Positions 9,116-19,102 of a stretch of DNA of 64,000 nucleotides are shown here, piece by piece (the first letter of the stretch is position 1; each line of letters begins with the position of its first letter). Below the pieces are notes generated by a model. It made no database searches, was not told the origin of the DNA, and saw nothing but the letters and a program-made list of their open reading frames with translations. This DNA is from Candidatus Bathyarchaeota archaeon (GTDB lineage: Archaea; Thermoproteota; Bathyarchaeia; Bathyarchaeales; Bathycorpusculaceae): assembly GCA_963733095.1 (NCBI GenBank), contig CAVTBV010000008.1, forward strand, positions 15,341 through 79,340, in the 5' to 3' direction. The position numbers and the translations under genes are program-made.

Positions 9116-11467
9116 TTGAGGAACTTGGATTCTTTGCCTGAAAGTAAAGAAAATAATCCTACAAGCATTAAAAACAACATAACAAAGCTAGAACTTGACC
9201 TGTTTTTCAACTACTCTTTGGATTTACTAGTTCTTGTCGGATTTGACAACTGCTTCAAGCAAGTTAGTCCCTCCTTCGAGAGAATTTTAGGTTGGAAAAA
9301 AGAAGAGGTAATCTCAAAGCCTTTTTATGAATTTCTTCATCCCGATGACTATGAGAGAACTTTGGTTGAAGTTAGAGCTCACGAAACAGGCAAAAACTCA
9401 ATTCTCTTCGTAAACAGATACAGATGCAAAGACGGATCATACAAATGGATATCATGGAACTCCCATCCATTACCAGAAAAACAAATAATCGTCGGCATCG
9501 GACGAGACATAACCGACCGCAAGAAAGTTGAGGAAGCGTTAACGGAAAGCGAGGAGCGCTTCTTCAAAGCATTTAATTTAAGCCCATTTGCAGTGATCAT
9601 GACTCGTCTTAGTGATGGAACCTACGTCGATGTAAATGATACTTTCCTGAAAATGTTTGAGTTTTCGCGAAGTGAAGTGATAGGACATACTGCAATGGAA
9701 ATTGGAATTTATGCAAAACCCAATGGAAGAGCAGACTACATAGTTGCTTTTAAAAATGGGCGTGTGACCGATTTTGAAGTAGATTTGAAGACAAAAACGG
9801 GTAAACCGCTAAAGGCATTGGGTTACGCAGAAATAATTAACATTAACAGTCAAGACCTCACCATTGGCACACTTATTGATATTACTGAACGCAAGAAAGC
9901 AGAGGAAGAATTAAACCAGAGCCTGCAAACGTTTCGTGAACTGATTGAGCGTGCGCCTTTTGGTATTTATGTTCTCAATTCTGAGTTCCGTATAGCACAT
10001 ATGAACAAAGGTTCACAGAATGGAGCCTTCCGCAATGTGCGACCGCTAATCGGACGTAACTTTTCCGAGGCTATGCATATTCTCTGGCCTGAGCCAACCG
10101 CATCAGAAATTATCTCCCATTTCCGTCATACTCTCGAAACAGGTGAACCATACTATTCGCCTCAATTTATTAGTCCACGTCATGATGTTGAAATCGTTGA
10201 ATCTTACGAGTGGGAGCTCCAACGCATTCGGCTTCCAGATGGGCAGTACGGTGTCATTTGCTATTACTTCGATTCCACAAAATTGCGAGAGACAGAAAGA
10301 GTACTCTACGAAGCACAGCTTAAACTAAAGGAGTACTCAGCAAATCTTGAACGGCTTGTTGAGGAGCGAACTAAAAAACTTGAACCTAGCTTGTTGTATG
10401 CTAGAACTCTTATTGAAGCAAGTCTTGACCCTCTGGTGACAATTAGCGCTGAAGGCAAAATTACCGACGTTAACGTAGCCACTGAACAAGTCACAGGAAC
10501 TTCGAGAGAAGAATTGATTGGCAACGACTTCTCGGATTACTTTACGGAACCTGAAAAAGCTAAGATAGGGTACAGGAGAGTTTTCTCTGAAGGATTCATA
10601 ACAGATTATCCTTTGGCGATCAAGCATAAGTCTGGAAAAGTCACTGAAGTGCTGTATAATGCTACCGTTTATAGAAATGACGCCGGAGAAATACAGGGTG
10701 TTTTTGCAGCTGCAAGAGACGTCACCGAATTAAAGAAGGCTGAAGCGCAAGCTCAGGATGCAGCAAAGAAACTAAAAGATTCAGAGCGGTTAGCCGCTAT
10801 CGGTGCCACTTTGGGTATGGTTGGGCATGACATTCGCAATCCGCTACAGGCTATAACGGGTGATCTTTTCTTAGCTAAATCCGAGCTATCTGAGCTCCCA
10901 GAAAACGAGAATAAAACTAGCGCACTCGAAAGCCTAGACGAAATCCAAAACAACATAGATTACATCAATAAGATTGTAGCCGACCTTCTAGACTATGCTA
11001 GGCCTCTTAATCCGCGAGCACAAGAAACAGACGTAGAATCAGTCTTCAATGACGTAATAGGCAAAAACGGTATTCCTAAAAACATCAAGGTTTCTGTTGA
11101 CATAGAGAATAAAGCAAAAACAATCAAGACTGACCCTGACTATCTTAAGCGCATAGCTGCCAATTTAACTTTGAATGCAGTTCAAGCTATGCCCGATGGC
11201 GGTGAACTTATAATTCGTGCATTTGCCGATAATAAGACTAATGATGTTTTAATTACTGTTAAGGACACTGGAGTTGGCATCCCTGAAGACATCAAGCCTA
11301 AGCTATTTACGCCTATGATGACAACAAAATCTAAAGGTCAAGGTTTCGGATTAGCAGTGATTAAACGCATGACTGAAGGTTTAGGGGGAACAGTAACTTT
11401 TGAAAGCCAAGAAGGGAAGGGCACAACTTTTACGGTATGTTTGCCCCCCCCAAGAGCTAAACGGTAA
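9116..11467 (+). CDS. Multi-PAS cytoplasmic sensor histidine kinase
   Basis: Four PAS/PAC repeats (ending RDIT/IDIT/FDST/RDVT), H box GHDIRNPL, N/G1/F/G2 boxes. Confidence 0.95.
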   Translation: MRNLDSLPESKENNPTSIKNNITKLELDLFFNYSLDLLVLVGFDNCFKQVSPSFERILGWKKEEVISKPFYEFLHPDDYERTLVEVRAHETGKNSILFVNRYRCKDGSYKWISWNSHPLPEKQIIVGIGRDITDRKKVEEALTESEERFFKAFNLSPFAVIMTRLSDGTYVDVNDTFLKMFEFSRSEVIGHTAMEIGIYAKPNGRADYIVAFKNGRVTDFEVDLKTKTGKPLKALGYAEIININSQDLTIGTLIDITERKKAEEELNQSLQTFRELIERAPFGIYVLNSEFRIAHMNKGSQNGAFRNVRPLIGRNFSEAMHILWPEPTASEIISHFRHTLETGEPYYSPQFISPRHDVEIVESYEWELQRIRLPDGQYGVICYYFDSTKLRETERVLYEAQLKLKEYSANLERLVEERTKKLEPSLLYARTLIEASLDPLVTISAEGKITDVNVATEQVTGTSREELIGNDFSDYFTEPEKAKIGYRRVFSEGFITDYPLAIKHKSGKVTEVLYNATVYRNDAGEIQGVFAAARDVTELKKAEAQAQDAAKKLKDSERLAAIGATLGMVGHDIRNPLQAITGDLFLAKSELSELPENENKTSALESLDEIQNNIDYINKIVADLLDYARPLNPRAQETDVESVFNDVIGKNGIPKNIKVSVDIENKAKTIKTDPDYLKRIAANLTLNAVQAMPDGGELIIRAFADNKTNDVLITVKDTGVGIPEDIKPKLFTPMMTTKSKGQGFGLAVIKRMTEGLGGTVTFESQEGKGTTFTVCLPPPRAKR

Positions 11468-11616
11468 ATGGAAGTACAAGTAAACATACTTAACTGCGCT
11501 CGATATTTGGGCGAGCGATAGCTCAAAAGCTGTTCTGTTCGCCCCTTCACCCAAAAGCGGGGACTGCGTTTTTCTTCGTCTAAATCAATGTGTGGTGGAT
11601 GGTTCCGAACACATTT

Positions 11617-11642
11617 GGGTTCAAGACCCCGCGACCCCACCA
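11617..11642 (+). repeat. tRNA 3'-end remnant (att-like, tRNA-Trp/Pro type) inside an 11-bp inverted repeat
   Basis: GGGTTCAAGACCCCGCGACCCCACCA (T-arm, acceptor strand, CCA); flanked by TGGTTCCGAAC (11600-11610) and GTTCGGAACCA (11651-11661). Confidence 0.7.
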
Positions 11643-11712
11643 ACCTTTGGGTTCGGAACCACCGCTAATTTTACTAGAACATATAGCCTAACTGTATTTC
11701 ATTTAGCGCCTC

Positions 11713-11850
11713 GCAAAATACGCTTATTTGCTTGAAGATGAAGACGCCAGACGATGGTATGAGAATACAGCACGGGGTTAATTAGTATCCGCTGATTTAT
11801 GTTTACGTAGACTCGACAGTTTCTGTGAACAATTAAAACTTAGTCCAAAT
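11713..11850 (+). pseudogene. Tyrosine integrase N-terminal remnant
   Basis: AKYAYLLEDEDARRWYENTARG*LVSADLCLRRLDSFCEQLKLSP resembles N-termini of archaeal tRNA-targeting integrases; in-frame TAA at 11779; directly after the att-like site. Confidence 0.65.
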
Positions 11851-12094
11851 TTAGACTTGCATGAAGAGCAAGCACCGCTCGTTGCACAAGCGATAAGAAA
11901 ATGGCTTTTATCAGCTGGTGGACTTTTAGAAATACTTGGCCTTTAGTTCAATAGCTTTTTAAGATAAATGGATGTGCACTAGAAGAACGCTGTATAGAGC
12001 ATAAAAGGGCTTTTCTGAGTACCACCCATAGCGTCTTTTCACTGGTAAATTGGTGCCAGGATCCCCCACCGACTAGGAACAGCTTAAGAGAAAG

Positions 12095-12122
12095 GACTTA
12101 GCCCCCAGTTCGGGGGTAAGTC
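12095..12122. terminator. Strong hairpin downstream of pirin gene
   Basis: GACTTA-G-CCCCC-AGTTC-GGGGG-TAAGTC. Confidence 0.4.
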
Positions 12123-12172
12123 TGGTCTGACTTCAATTGGAAATTCTGGGAGACAAATGCCCCTAACTTTTG

Positions 12173-13027
12173 TCAAGTTAATTTTGTGGGTTTGTGGCTC
12201 TTGATGAATGTTCCCTCGTCGAGTTCTTCGAACGCTTTGTCCAATTCTTCTTGTGTGTTCATCACAATCGGTCCTCTCCACGCAACTGGCTCGTTTAATG
12301 GTTCACTTGCCACAAAAAGAAATCGAGCACCGTTTAAGCTTGATATTCTAACCAAATCGCCTCGACTGAAAACCGCGCATTGTCCGCTTTCAATTTTCTG
12401 ATCATGAACTTCGACAGATCCGTTTATGATGTAACTAAAAACCGTAAGATTTTTGTGCGTTAAGTGCTGAAATTCTTTTCCAACAGCTAATTCAACGTCA
12501 AAATATTGTGTTTCAGTAGATAGGTCTCGAACTGGTCCCTCAATTCCCTCTATTTTACCCGCTATGACTTTAATTGTTTGACCCCCTTTCTCGAGTGTAG
12601 GTATTTGGTCTTTTGTTATCCCTCGATACTTTGGGTCAATCATCTTCTTTTTAGCCGGCAGATTCACCCAGAGCTGAAATCCCTGCATTAAGCCCTCGTA
12701 TTTTTGGGGCATTTCTTGATGGATAATGCCTGACCCGGCAGTCATCCACTGCACGTCGCCAGATTTGATTACGCCTTTATTGCCCATACTATCGCCATGT
12801 TCAACTTCGCCTGTCCACATGTATGTGACAGTTTCCATTCCTCTATGTGGATGCCAAGGAAAACCTTTGATGTAGTCTTTAGGGTTTTCCGAGCCAAAAT
12901 GATCTAGGAGCAGAAACGGATCAAGCGTGGAGTCATCATCATTGCCCAAAACGCGTCTTAGTTTCACTCCCGCGCCTTCAAGAGTTAATCTTCGTTCCAA
13001 AATTTTTTCGACTTTTCTTTCCAACAA
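12173..13027 (-). CDS. Pirin family protein
   Basis: DPFLLLDHF, GFPWHPHRGMETVTY, QWMTAGSGIIHQEMP, QLWVNLP. Confidence 0.95.
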   Translation of the reverse strand: MLERKVEKILERRLTLEGAGVKLRRVLGNDDDSTLDPFLLLDHFGSENPKDYIKGFPWHPHRGMETVTYMWTGEVEHGDSMGNKGVIKSGDVQWMTAGSGIIHQEMPQKYEGLMQGFQLWVNLPAKKKMIDPKYRGITKDQIPTLEKGGQTIKVIAGKIEGIEGPVRDLSTETQYFDVELAVGKEFQHLTHKNLTVFSYIINGSVEVHDQKIESGQCAVFSRGDLVRISSLNGARFLFVASEPLNEPVAWRGPIVMNTQEELDKAFEELDEGTFIKSHKPTKLT

Positions 13028-13166
13028 AAACCGCTCCCATAAAATACTACTGCTAAGCAGTAAATAACGATTCTCAAAAACATTTTAAAAAAGGCTCAAA
13101 AAAGGAAAAGTGGGTGCGTAGAAAGAAGAGTGCCAATTGTTTTCGTAAACATCGCCAATGAGTCTA

Positions 13167-13185
13167 GGTCAAAATCCCAGCGGCC
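13167..13185 (+). repeat. Third degenerate tRNA-Pro-type 3'-end copy
   Basis: GGTCAAAATCCCAGCGGCC shares AAATCCCAGCGGCC with 8943-8963. Confidence 0.5.
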
Positions 13186-13730
13186 ATTAAGGATTCAATA
13201 TTCGAAAACAGGACATGCTTTTGCAAATGAGTTTACGGGTCAAATATCTCAAATACTGAGTGCCAAGGATGTGAGATAGAATCACAGGATTTAGAGATTA
13301 TTTCAAGCACTATCTGGTCTAAATTAGTCAAGCAAGGAAAAGTACTATCACAATACTAAGCTTGCGCTTTTTTACTAATAGACTCCTAATCCGATGGGTT
13401 TAACATGCGCAAATTTCCGACCAACTAACAAGAATGAAGTTGTTGGAGGATCCAGTTCAGGCTGTTCATTTAGCACAGGTTAATCTGATCTTAATTCTAA
13501 TGGCTTCAAACCCAAAGCAAAACAAGGCTCTATGGATTTGAACCTAAATTCGATTTCTTTGGCACTTGAGCTGAAAAAGTTCAATGTTTTTAACTGGTTC
13601 CTCCTCATACTCAAACGGGTTCAAAACATTAAACTCAGACCGTGATGAGACTGGGATTTGTTAAACAAAAATTGTTTTTTCTTGACTATTTTTAATATAG
13701 CTTTAATTGGTTTGGATTAGATTCAGTGTT

Positions 13731-15080
13731 ATGCTTCGTTTGTGGTTTGATAGAGGCACACTGCTTTTAAAGGGCGAAGTGGGAACGCCTTACGGAAAAT
13801 GGGATCCAAGAGTAGACTGCTACAGAATTAAGTCATACCATTACAGAGACGTTTTGGAGTATTTGGCAGAAAGCAGACTTCAGCTACAAGATGATGTTCC
13901 AATGCTTCCACCACTTGAGCAGCTCAAATGTAGCGTTGAGCTTAGAGATTACCAAAATGAGGCTTTAGGCAAATGGTACCAAACATGCAATCGAGGAGTT
14001 CTGGTATTGCCTACGGCAGCCGGAAAAACATACATCGCACTAAAAGCAATTGAACACTTGAAAGTGCAGACATTGATTGTGGTTCCAACATTGGATCTAA
14101 TTGATCAGTGGAGAAAACGTGTTAAAGACTGCCTTAACTTGGAAGCGGGTGTTGTCGGAGGGGGCGAAAATACTCTGCGAATGGTAACTGTTGCAACTTA
14201 TGATTCAGCCTACATACACGCGGAACAGCTTGGCAACAAGTTCACACTACTAGTTTTTGATGAGGTACATCATTTAGCTGCCCCAGGTTATATGCAAATA
14301 GCTGAAATGTACACTGCACCATACCGTATGGGCTTAACGGCCACATACGAAAGAAGTGATATGAGGCACTCTTTGCTTTCTCAACTCATTGGAGACCAAG
14401 TTTTTTCTGTTGATGTGGAAAAAATTGCAGGAGAACACCTCTCACCCTACACTTATGAGAAAATATCAGTTGAACTAACACCTCAAGAACAGAAAACCTA
14501 CGACGCCCAGATGGAGATTTATAGAAGTTTTCTTCGACAGCGAAGAATCACCCTGAAGAGTCCGGCGGACTTCCAAAAATTCATAATGAGTACTGGAAGA
14601 GACCCTAAAGCCCGTGAAGCGCTACTTGCGAGAAACAAAGCCATACGAGTTGCAGTCAACTCAGAGGCAAAACTAGACGTACTAGCCCTTCAGCTCGACA
14701 CTTACAAAGATGAGAGAATATTGATTTTCACCCTATACAACGACCTAGTTTACACTATTAGTCAGCGCTTCTTAATTCCAGCGATAACACATCAGACTCC
14801 AAGGGAAGAACGGCGAGAAATACTATCAAACTTTGGGAACGGCAAATACCCTGTGGTTGTTACTTCTCAGGTCTTGGACGAGGGTGTAGATGTGCCCGAT
14901 GCCTCAGTAGGTTTAGTTTTGGGTGGAACAGGCAGCAACAGAGAATATATTCAAAGACTCGGACGACTGCTCAGAAAGAAAGAAGGCAAAATGGCTCGAC
15001 TAATAGAATTAATCTCCAAAGAAACTATGGAAGTGGGGACAAGCCGAAGACGTCACCAAAAAATTGGAGGAGCCGCGTAG
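13731..15080 (+). CDS. xpb: XPB/Rad25-like SF2 helicase
   Basis: LRDYQ, LPTAAGKT, DEVH, GLTAT, DEGVDVP, YIQRLGR; ATG at 13731. Confidence 0.9.
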   Translation: MLRLWFDRGTLLLKGEVGTPYGKWDPRVDCYRIKSYHYRDVLEYLAESRLQLQDDVPMLPPLEQLKCSVELRDYQNEALGKWYQTCNRGVLVLPTAAGKTYIALKAIEHLKVQTLIVVPTLDLIDQWRKRVKDCLNLEAGVVGGGENTLRMVTVATYDSAYIHAEQLGNKFTLLVFDEVHHLAAPGYMQIAEMYTAPYRMGLTATYERSDMRHSLLSQLIGDQVFSVDVEKIAGEHLSPYTYEKISVELTPQEQKTYDAQMEIYRSFLRQRRITLKSPADFQKFIMSTGRDPKAREALLARNKAIRVAVNSEAKLDVLALQLDTYKDERILIFTLYNDLVYTISQRFLIPAITHQTPREERREILSNFGNGKYPVVVTSQVLDEGVDVPDASVGLVLGGTGSNREYIQRLGRLLRKKEGKMARLIELISKETMEVGTSRRRHQKIGGAA

Positions 15081-16631
15081 TTGCTTCCAAGTGACTTGCT
15101 TTCAGTCTGGAAGAAGAAAGGCGAGATTTTGCCACGCTACGCTAAACCCACTCGCGGTAACGAAGAGGTAGCCATCCTCCTTATTGAAGCGTATAAGTCG
15201 CATGTTGGAGAAAAGAAAAAAATCCTGAAAGCTTTGGTGGCTGAGCTTGAAGAAAAAGGCTACGAGTACCGATTTGTTAGAGCTTTATCTTTGCTACTTG
15301 ATCGAAAAAGCACCTTCATCTGCCAAAGCAAAGCTGACCCGGTTGAGTTAAGGAGAAGAATATTTCAAGCTACGAAACGGTTTGGTTTGCCTACGACTTC
15401 TGAGAAGCGACAAGAAATAGTGGAGTTTGTAGCTTCGGAGTTGGCTCTGTCGGTGAAGGATGTTGAGAAGGATTTTTATTCTGATTTGGACGGCGAATTG
15501 GTTCTTGAAAAGTTTACTGTACCTTCAGCTTCTGAGTTGTTAGGAGAGTACAATTTGGGTTTAACTCAAACGCTACTTTTTAATGCCACAGAATTAAGCT
15601 TTACAGCCTCTGGCAACTGGCAAGACATCTTCCATGCTGTAAAGAAGTTTGGGTTAATCTATGAAGTCAGTAAAGATGATGGTGTGTGGGTGAAAATAGA
15701 TGGCCCAGCTAGCTTATTCAAGCTGACAAGACGGTATGGAGTGGGTATAGCCAAGCTCATACCAGTCATCGTTGCAAACTCTGAATGGATTATCAAAGCG
15801 AAAGTTCTTTGGCAATTCACAAATGAAATCTGCGACTTTAAAATTGAAAATCAAAAACATGCTTCACTGCTAAAAAAACCTTGCATTTCGAATATAACTT
15901 ATGATAGCTCCATTGAAGCAGATTTTGCCTCACAGTTTCAAGCTATAGCTTCAGGCTGGACGTTGAAGAGGGAACCTGAACCTGTAGCTGCCGGAAAACA
16001 ATTAATAATCCCCGATTTCTCTCTTGAAAGAACTGGCATCAGGATTTACTTGGAAATTGTTGGTTTTTGGACAGAAGAATACCTGCTAAGAAAGATTGAG
16101 AAGCTAAAGCAGGTGGATGAAAAAATGCTTCTGTTGGTCAATGAGGCTTTGGCATGTGAAAAACTCTCTGCTTTGGAAAAACGCCCGCAGCTCTACTTGA
16201 TTTATTATTGCCACAAAATTCCTTTAGCTCCGATTCTTAGGTATTTAGAAGCAAAGTTTGAGGAAGTCAAATCACAGGAAATAAAGTTTCTGGAGGAATT
16301 GCCCATTAAATTTACTGAACCGATAATTGCTTTCGATGAATTCGCAGAGAGAATTGGCGTCTCTGAAGAAGCTGCCCGCGCTTTCTTAGTTGCTAAACCT
16401 CCTTTTGGATATGTCTTGTTAGCTGATGCTTTGGTTAGTGATGAAAAGCTATTCGATATTGGAAGAAGAATTAAAGAAGCTTTTGGCAAAATGAATAAGC
16501 TATCTCTACGGGAAGCAGCAAGAATTATTGAGGAAGAAGGAATAGCTGATTCAGCCAATGTGCTGGTGGCTCTCAATTATAAGATTAAATGGCGAGGAAT
16601 CAGCATTGATCAAGCTGAAGTGATAAATTGA
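15081..16631 (+). CDS. bax1: DUF790 / Bax1 endonuclease
   Basis: IDGPASLF...YG, REPEP, IPDF, EIVGFWTEEYL; abuts xpb as in the known XPB-Bax1 pair. Confidence 0.9.
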   Translation: MLPSDLLSVWKKKGEILPRYAKPTRGNEEVAILLIEAYKSHVGEKKKILKALVAELEEKGYEYRFVRALSLLLDRKSTFICQSKADPVELRRRIFQATKRFGLPTTSEKRQEIVEFVASELALSVKDVEKDFYSDLDGELVLEKFTVPSASELLGEYNLGLTQTLLFNATELSFTASGNWQDIFHAVKKFGLIYEVSKDDGVWVKIDGPASLFKLTRRYGVGIAKLIPVIVANSEWIIKAKVLWQFTNEICDFKIENQKHASLLKKPCISNITYDSSIEADFASQFQAIASGWTLKREPEPVAAGKQLIIPDFSLERTGIRIYLEIVGFWTEEYLLRKIEKLKQVDEKMLLLVNEALACEKLSALEKRPQLYLIYYCHKIPLAPILRYLEAKFEEVKSQEIKFLEELPIKFTEPIIAFDEFAERIGVSEEAARAFLVAKPPFGYVLLADALVSDEKLFDIGRRIKEAFGKMNKLSLREAARIIEEEGIADSANVLVALNYKIKWRGISIDQAEVIN

Positions 16632-16893
16632 ATTGAGATTGAACTCTTTGTGCAGAAAAGATCTCACCCGCACAACCTTGATTTAAGAATTAATTTGGGT
16701 CCGAAACAAAGGAGTAATTAAACAAGAATATACACACGCTAAAGACTGAGTAACGTATTCTTTCAGCTTGAAAATAAGATCGCCGAGTTGCAAATGAACC
16801 AGACTGTGTAAAAAGTCTCTTTCTTTGCTTGCCATATCCGCTAACCTTAAATCTAGACAGCTTTTAAAGCAACTAAAAGAGCCGCTGGAAGCC

Positions 16894-17211
16894 ACGAGCG
16901 AACATGTAAACGGAACAAACCGAAACCAAACAGTGCTTTTCCCTGACACTATCGACAAATATGTTGACAGAGAAAACCCTGTTCGGTTCATCGGCGCTTC
17001 TGTGGACAGCCTCAACTTATAGAAGCTTGGATTTAAGCACTCAGTACTCGCAGACACCGGCGGACCGTCTTATAATCCCTCAGACCTTCTCAAACTCTAT
17101 GTTTATGGCTACCTCAACCAAGTTAGATCAAGCCGCAAACTCAAGAAAGAATGCCACCGAAACGTCGAAGTCATGTGGCTCATGAAAAAGCTTGCTGAAA
17201 AAACATCATAA
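16894..17211 (+). pseudogene. IS1182-family transposase N-terminal fragment
   Basis: GTNRNQTVLFPDTIDKYVDRENPVRFI...NL*KLGF...GGPSYNPSDLLKLYVYGYLNQVRSSRKLKKECHRNVEVMWL; start mutated to ACG, internal TAG at 17020, truncated. Confidence 0.85.
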
Positions 17212-17561
17212 TTGGCGTTGTAGTCCTAGTCATCGAAGTAATGGTTTCGGCAATCATTATCTCGGCACCTCGGCTTGAATCTAACGTTTAAGGTCCCAGC
17301 AACAACTTTCTGCACATGACACAAAAATAGAATCGCCAACATTCTCCCACATTCACGCTGACACTGCACAACATAGAATCCATGTTGACTGTGTGCACGA
17401 ATTCAACTTCCCACACTCAAACCACAAATAAAAAACAACCCAAACCAAAAAAGCAACCAGTTCCAAAGCCACAAGTGTGGTGTGCACTTTTACAGCGCCA
17501 CACCCACACAAAGAAAACAAAAAAATTATGCGGGTGATACCCTAAAAAAGGTGTTGCTGAT

Positions 17562-17927
17562 TTAACCTAGCTGTGTTTCAAGCAGCGATTTTAAGGATAA
17601 GTATTCTTCGTTAAGGTCTTGACTGGCTCTTGTGGCTTCGCATTGAATATAATTGTCATCCTCGTAGGTAAGAGAGTATTTTCTTGTCTGCAGCATTCTT
17701 AGGAATCTCAGGATCTTTTCGAGTTGGGTCAAATCAACTTTTTTGGATTCATCTGACAAGTTAACTATGACTTCGATGAAAAAAGATGGGTCGGCCGGGG
17801 TTGCCCTTGCTCCGACCCCAATACGGTAGCCTTGCGTTTTGTACAATACTTGGTAGGATTCTTTATCAGCGGATTTTTGTGCTATTTCCAAGAGTTCGTC
17901 AGCATCTATAGGGTTTTTTTGGGTCAT
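17562..17927 (-). CDS. Hypothetical protein
   Basis: 121-aa ORF co-oriented downstream of ABC operon. Confidence 0.65.
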   Translation of the reverse strand: MTQKNPIDADELLEIAQKSADKESYQVLYKTQGYRIGVGARATPADPSFFIEVIVNLSDESKKVDLTQLEKILRFLRMLQTRKYSLTYEDDNYIQCEATRASQDLNEEYLSLKSLLETQLG

Positions 17928-17950
17928 TAGTGTTCACGGTTCAAGGTGTC

Positions 17951-19102
17951 TTATATTTTGAATTTTTTCGAGTACAGTGCTATACCGGCTGCTAAGATGG
18001 CTATGCAAGATACTGACAATATTGCTAGGTCAAATATGATGGCTTGGCTCGTGATGGATGCGCCTCGTAGAAATAGCGAGGTCAAGGCGTCTGTGACGTA
18101 ATAGCTGGGGACAAATTGGCCTGCTGTCTGTGCGGCTGAGCTAAGTGACGCTCCTACAAAGGTTCCAAGGAACATCTGTGGAATTACGAAGAGGAAAGCT
18201 ATACCAGTGGCTGCACCTGGTGATTTAGCTATGGTTGCAGTGATTAATCCGAATCCAACGTTTGAGACCGAGAACACTAACACAAGTATGAAGGCAAATG
18301 CGTATGTGGGTATTCCGACTGCCGGGTGGAAGCCTAACGCGTAAGTTAGGGCGAACACTAACGCTGCTTGGATCAATGCAATGCCCATGTATGATGCAAC
18401 TTGGCTGGCAATGAATTCGGTTGATGATGTGGGTGTGATGCGTATACGTTTCATCATGCCGTTCTCGCGATCCTGAGCGAATGATTGTCCCACCATCATG
18501 ATGAGGAATATCGATGCGAAAGTGAACATGCCTGGTGCTATGAAGTCAAGTGCTGAAACGGTTTTAACTTCAACTAGAGTGCCTGTGCTTAGGCTGACTG
18601 AACTTTGGGTTGGCGCACCTTGTCGTGTTAGAGTTAGCAGTCCCTGCTGTAGGATGGGTGGAATCGCTTGGGTGGCAACAAGTGAGCCCTTATCGAGGTA
18701 GAGGGAGACTGAGGCGTTTGTCCATTGATCTGGGTTGTTTGGTGCTGCTTGGTATGAGGCAAGGCTTTGGCTGAAGTCTTGAGGAATAAACATAACCGCT
18801 TGAATTTTGCCCTGGGACAGGTCCGTTTGGGCGCTCTGGTTGTCAGCGAACATTTGGAGGTTGAGGATTTTTGTGGCTGTCAGGGTATTGAGGAACTGCT
18901 GTGAGTACTCAGTGTTGGAGCCTGCGTCGGTGTTAACTACGCCTATGTTGTAAACGGCGTTGCCGCTTGTGCCGCCAAAAGCTGTTCCGAATGCGATTAC
19001 AAAGATTATTGGGAACAGGAAAATCATGAATAATACTGCGGGTTCGCGTACGGTCTTCTTCATCTCTTTCTTGGTTAAAGCTAAGACACGTTGAATCTTC
19101 AT
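17951..19102 (-). CDS. ABC-2 type permease with extracellular domain
   Basis: One N-terminal TM, large loop, five C-terminal TMs; DRENGMMKRIRITP. Confidence 0.9.
   Translation of the reverse strand: MKIQRVLALTKKEMKKTVREPAVLFMIFLFPIIFVIAFGTAFGGTSGNAVYNIGVVNTDAGSNTEYSQQFLNTLTATKILNLQMFADNQSAQTDLSQGKIQAVMFIPQDFSQSLASYQAAPNNPDQWTNASVSLYLDKGSLVATQAIPPILQQGLLTLTRQGAPTQSSVSLSTGTLVEVKTVSALDFIAPGMFTFASIFLIMMVGQSFAQDRENGMMKRIRITPTSSTEFIASQVASYMGIALIQAALVFALTYALGFHPAVGIPTYAFAFILVLVFSVSNVGFGLITATIAKSPGAATGIAFLFVIPQMFLGTFVGASLSSAAQTAGQFVPSYYVTDALTSLFLRGASITSQAIIFDLAILSVSCIAILAAGIALYSKKFKI

Noticed and set aside
11590-11642. Complete tRNA gene
   Set aside because: Only the T-arm and 3' acceptor strand are present; upstream sequence cannot form acceptor, D or anticodon arms
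13200-13700. Possible gene or pseudogene between pirin and xpb
   Set aside because: Short broken frames with no motif I could recognise
16683-17185. ORFs 16683-17057, 16825-17022 and 16961-17185 as genes
   Set aside because: Fragments or shadows of the IS1182 transposase pseudogene
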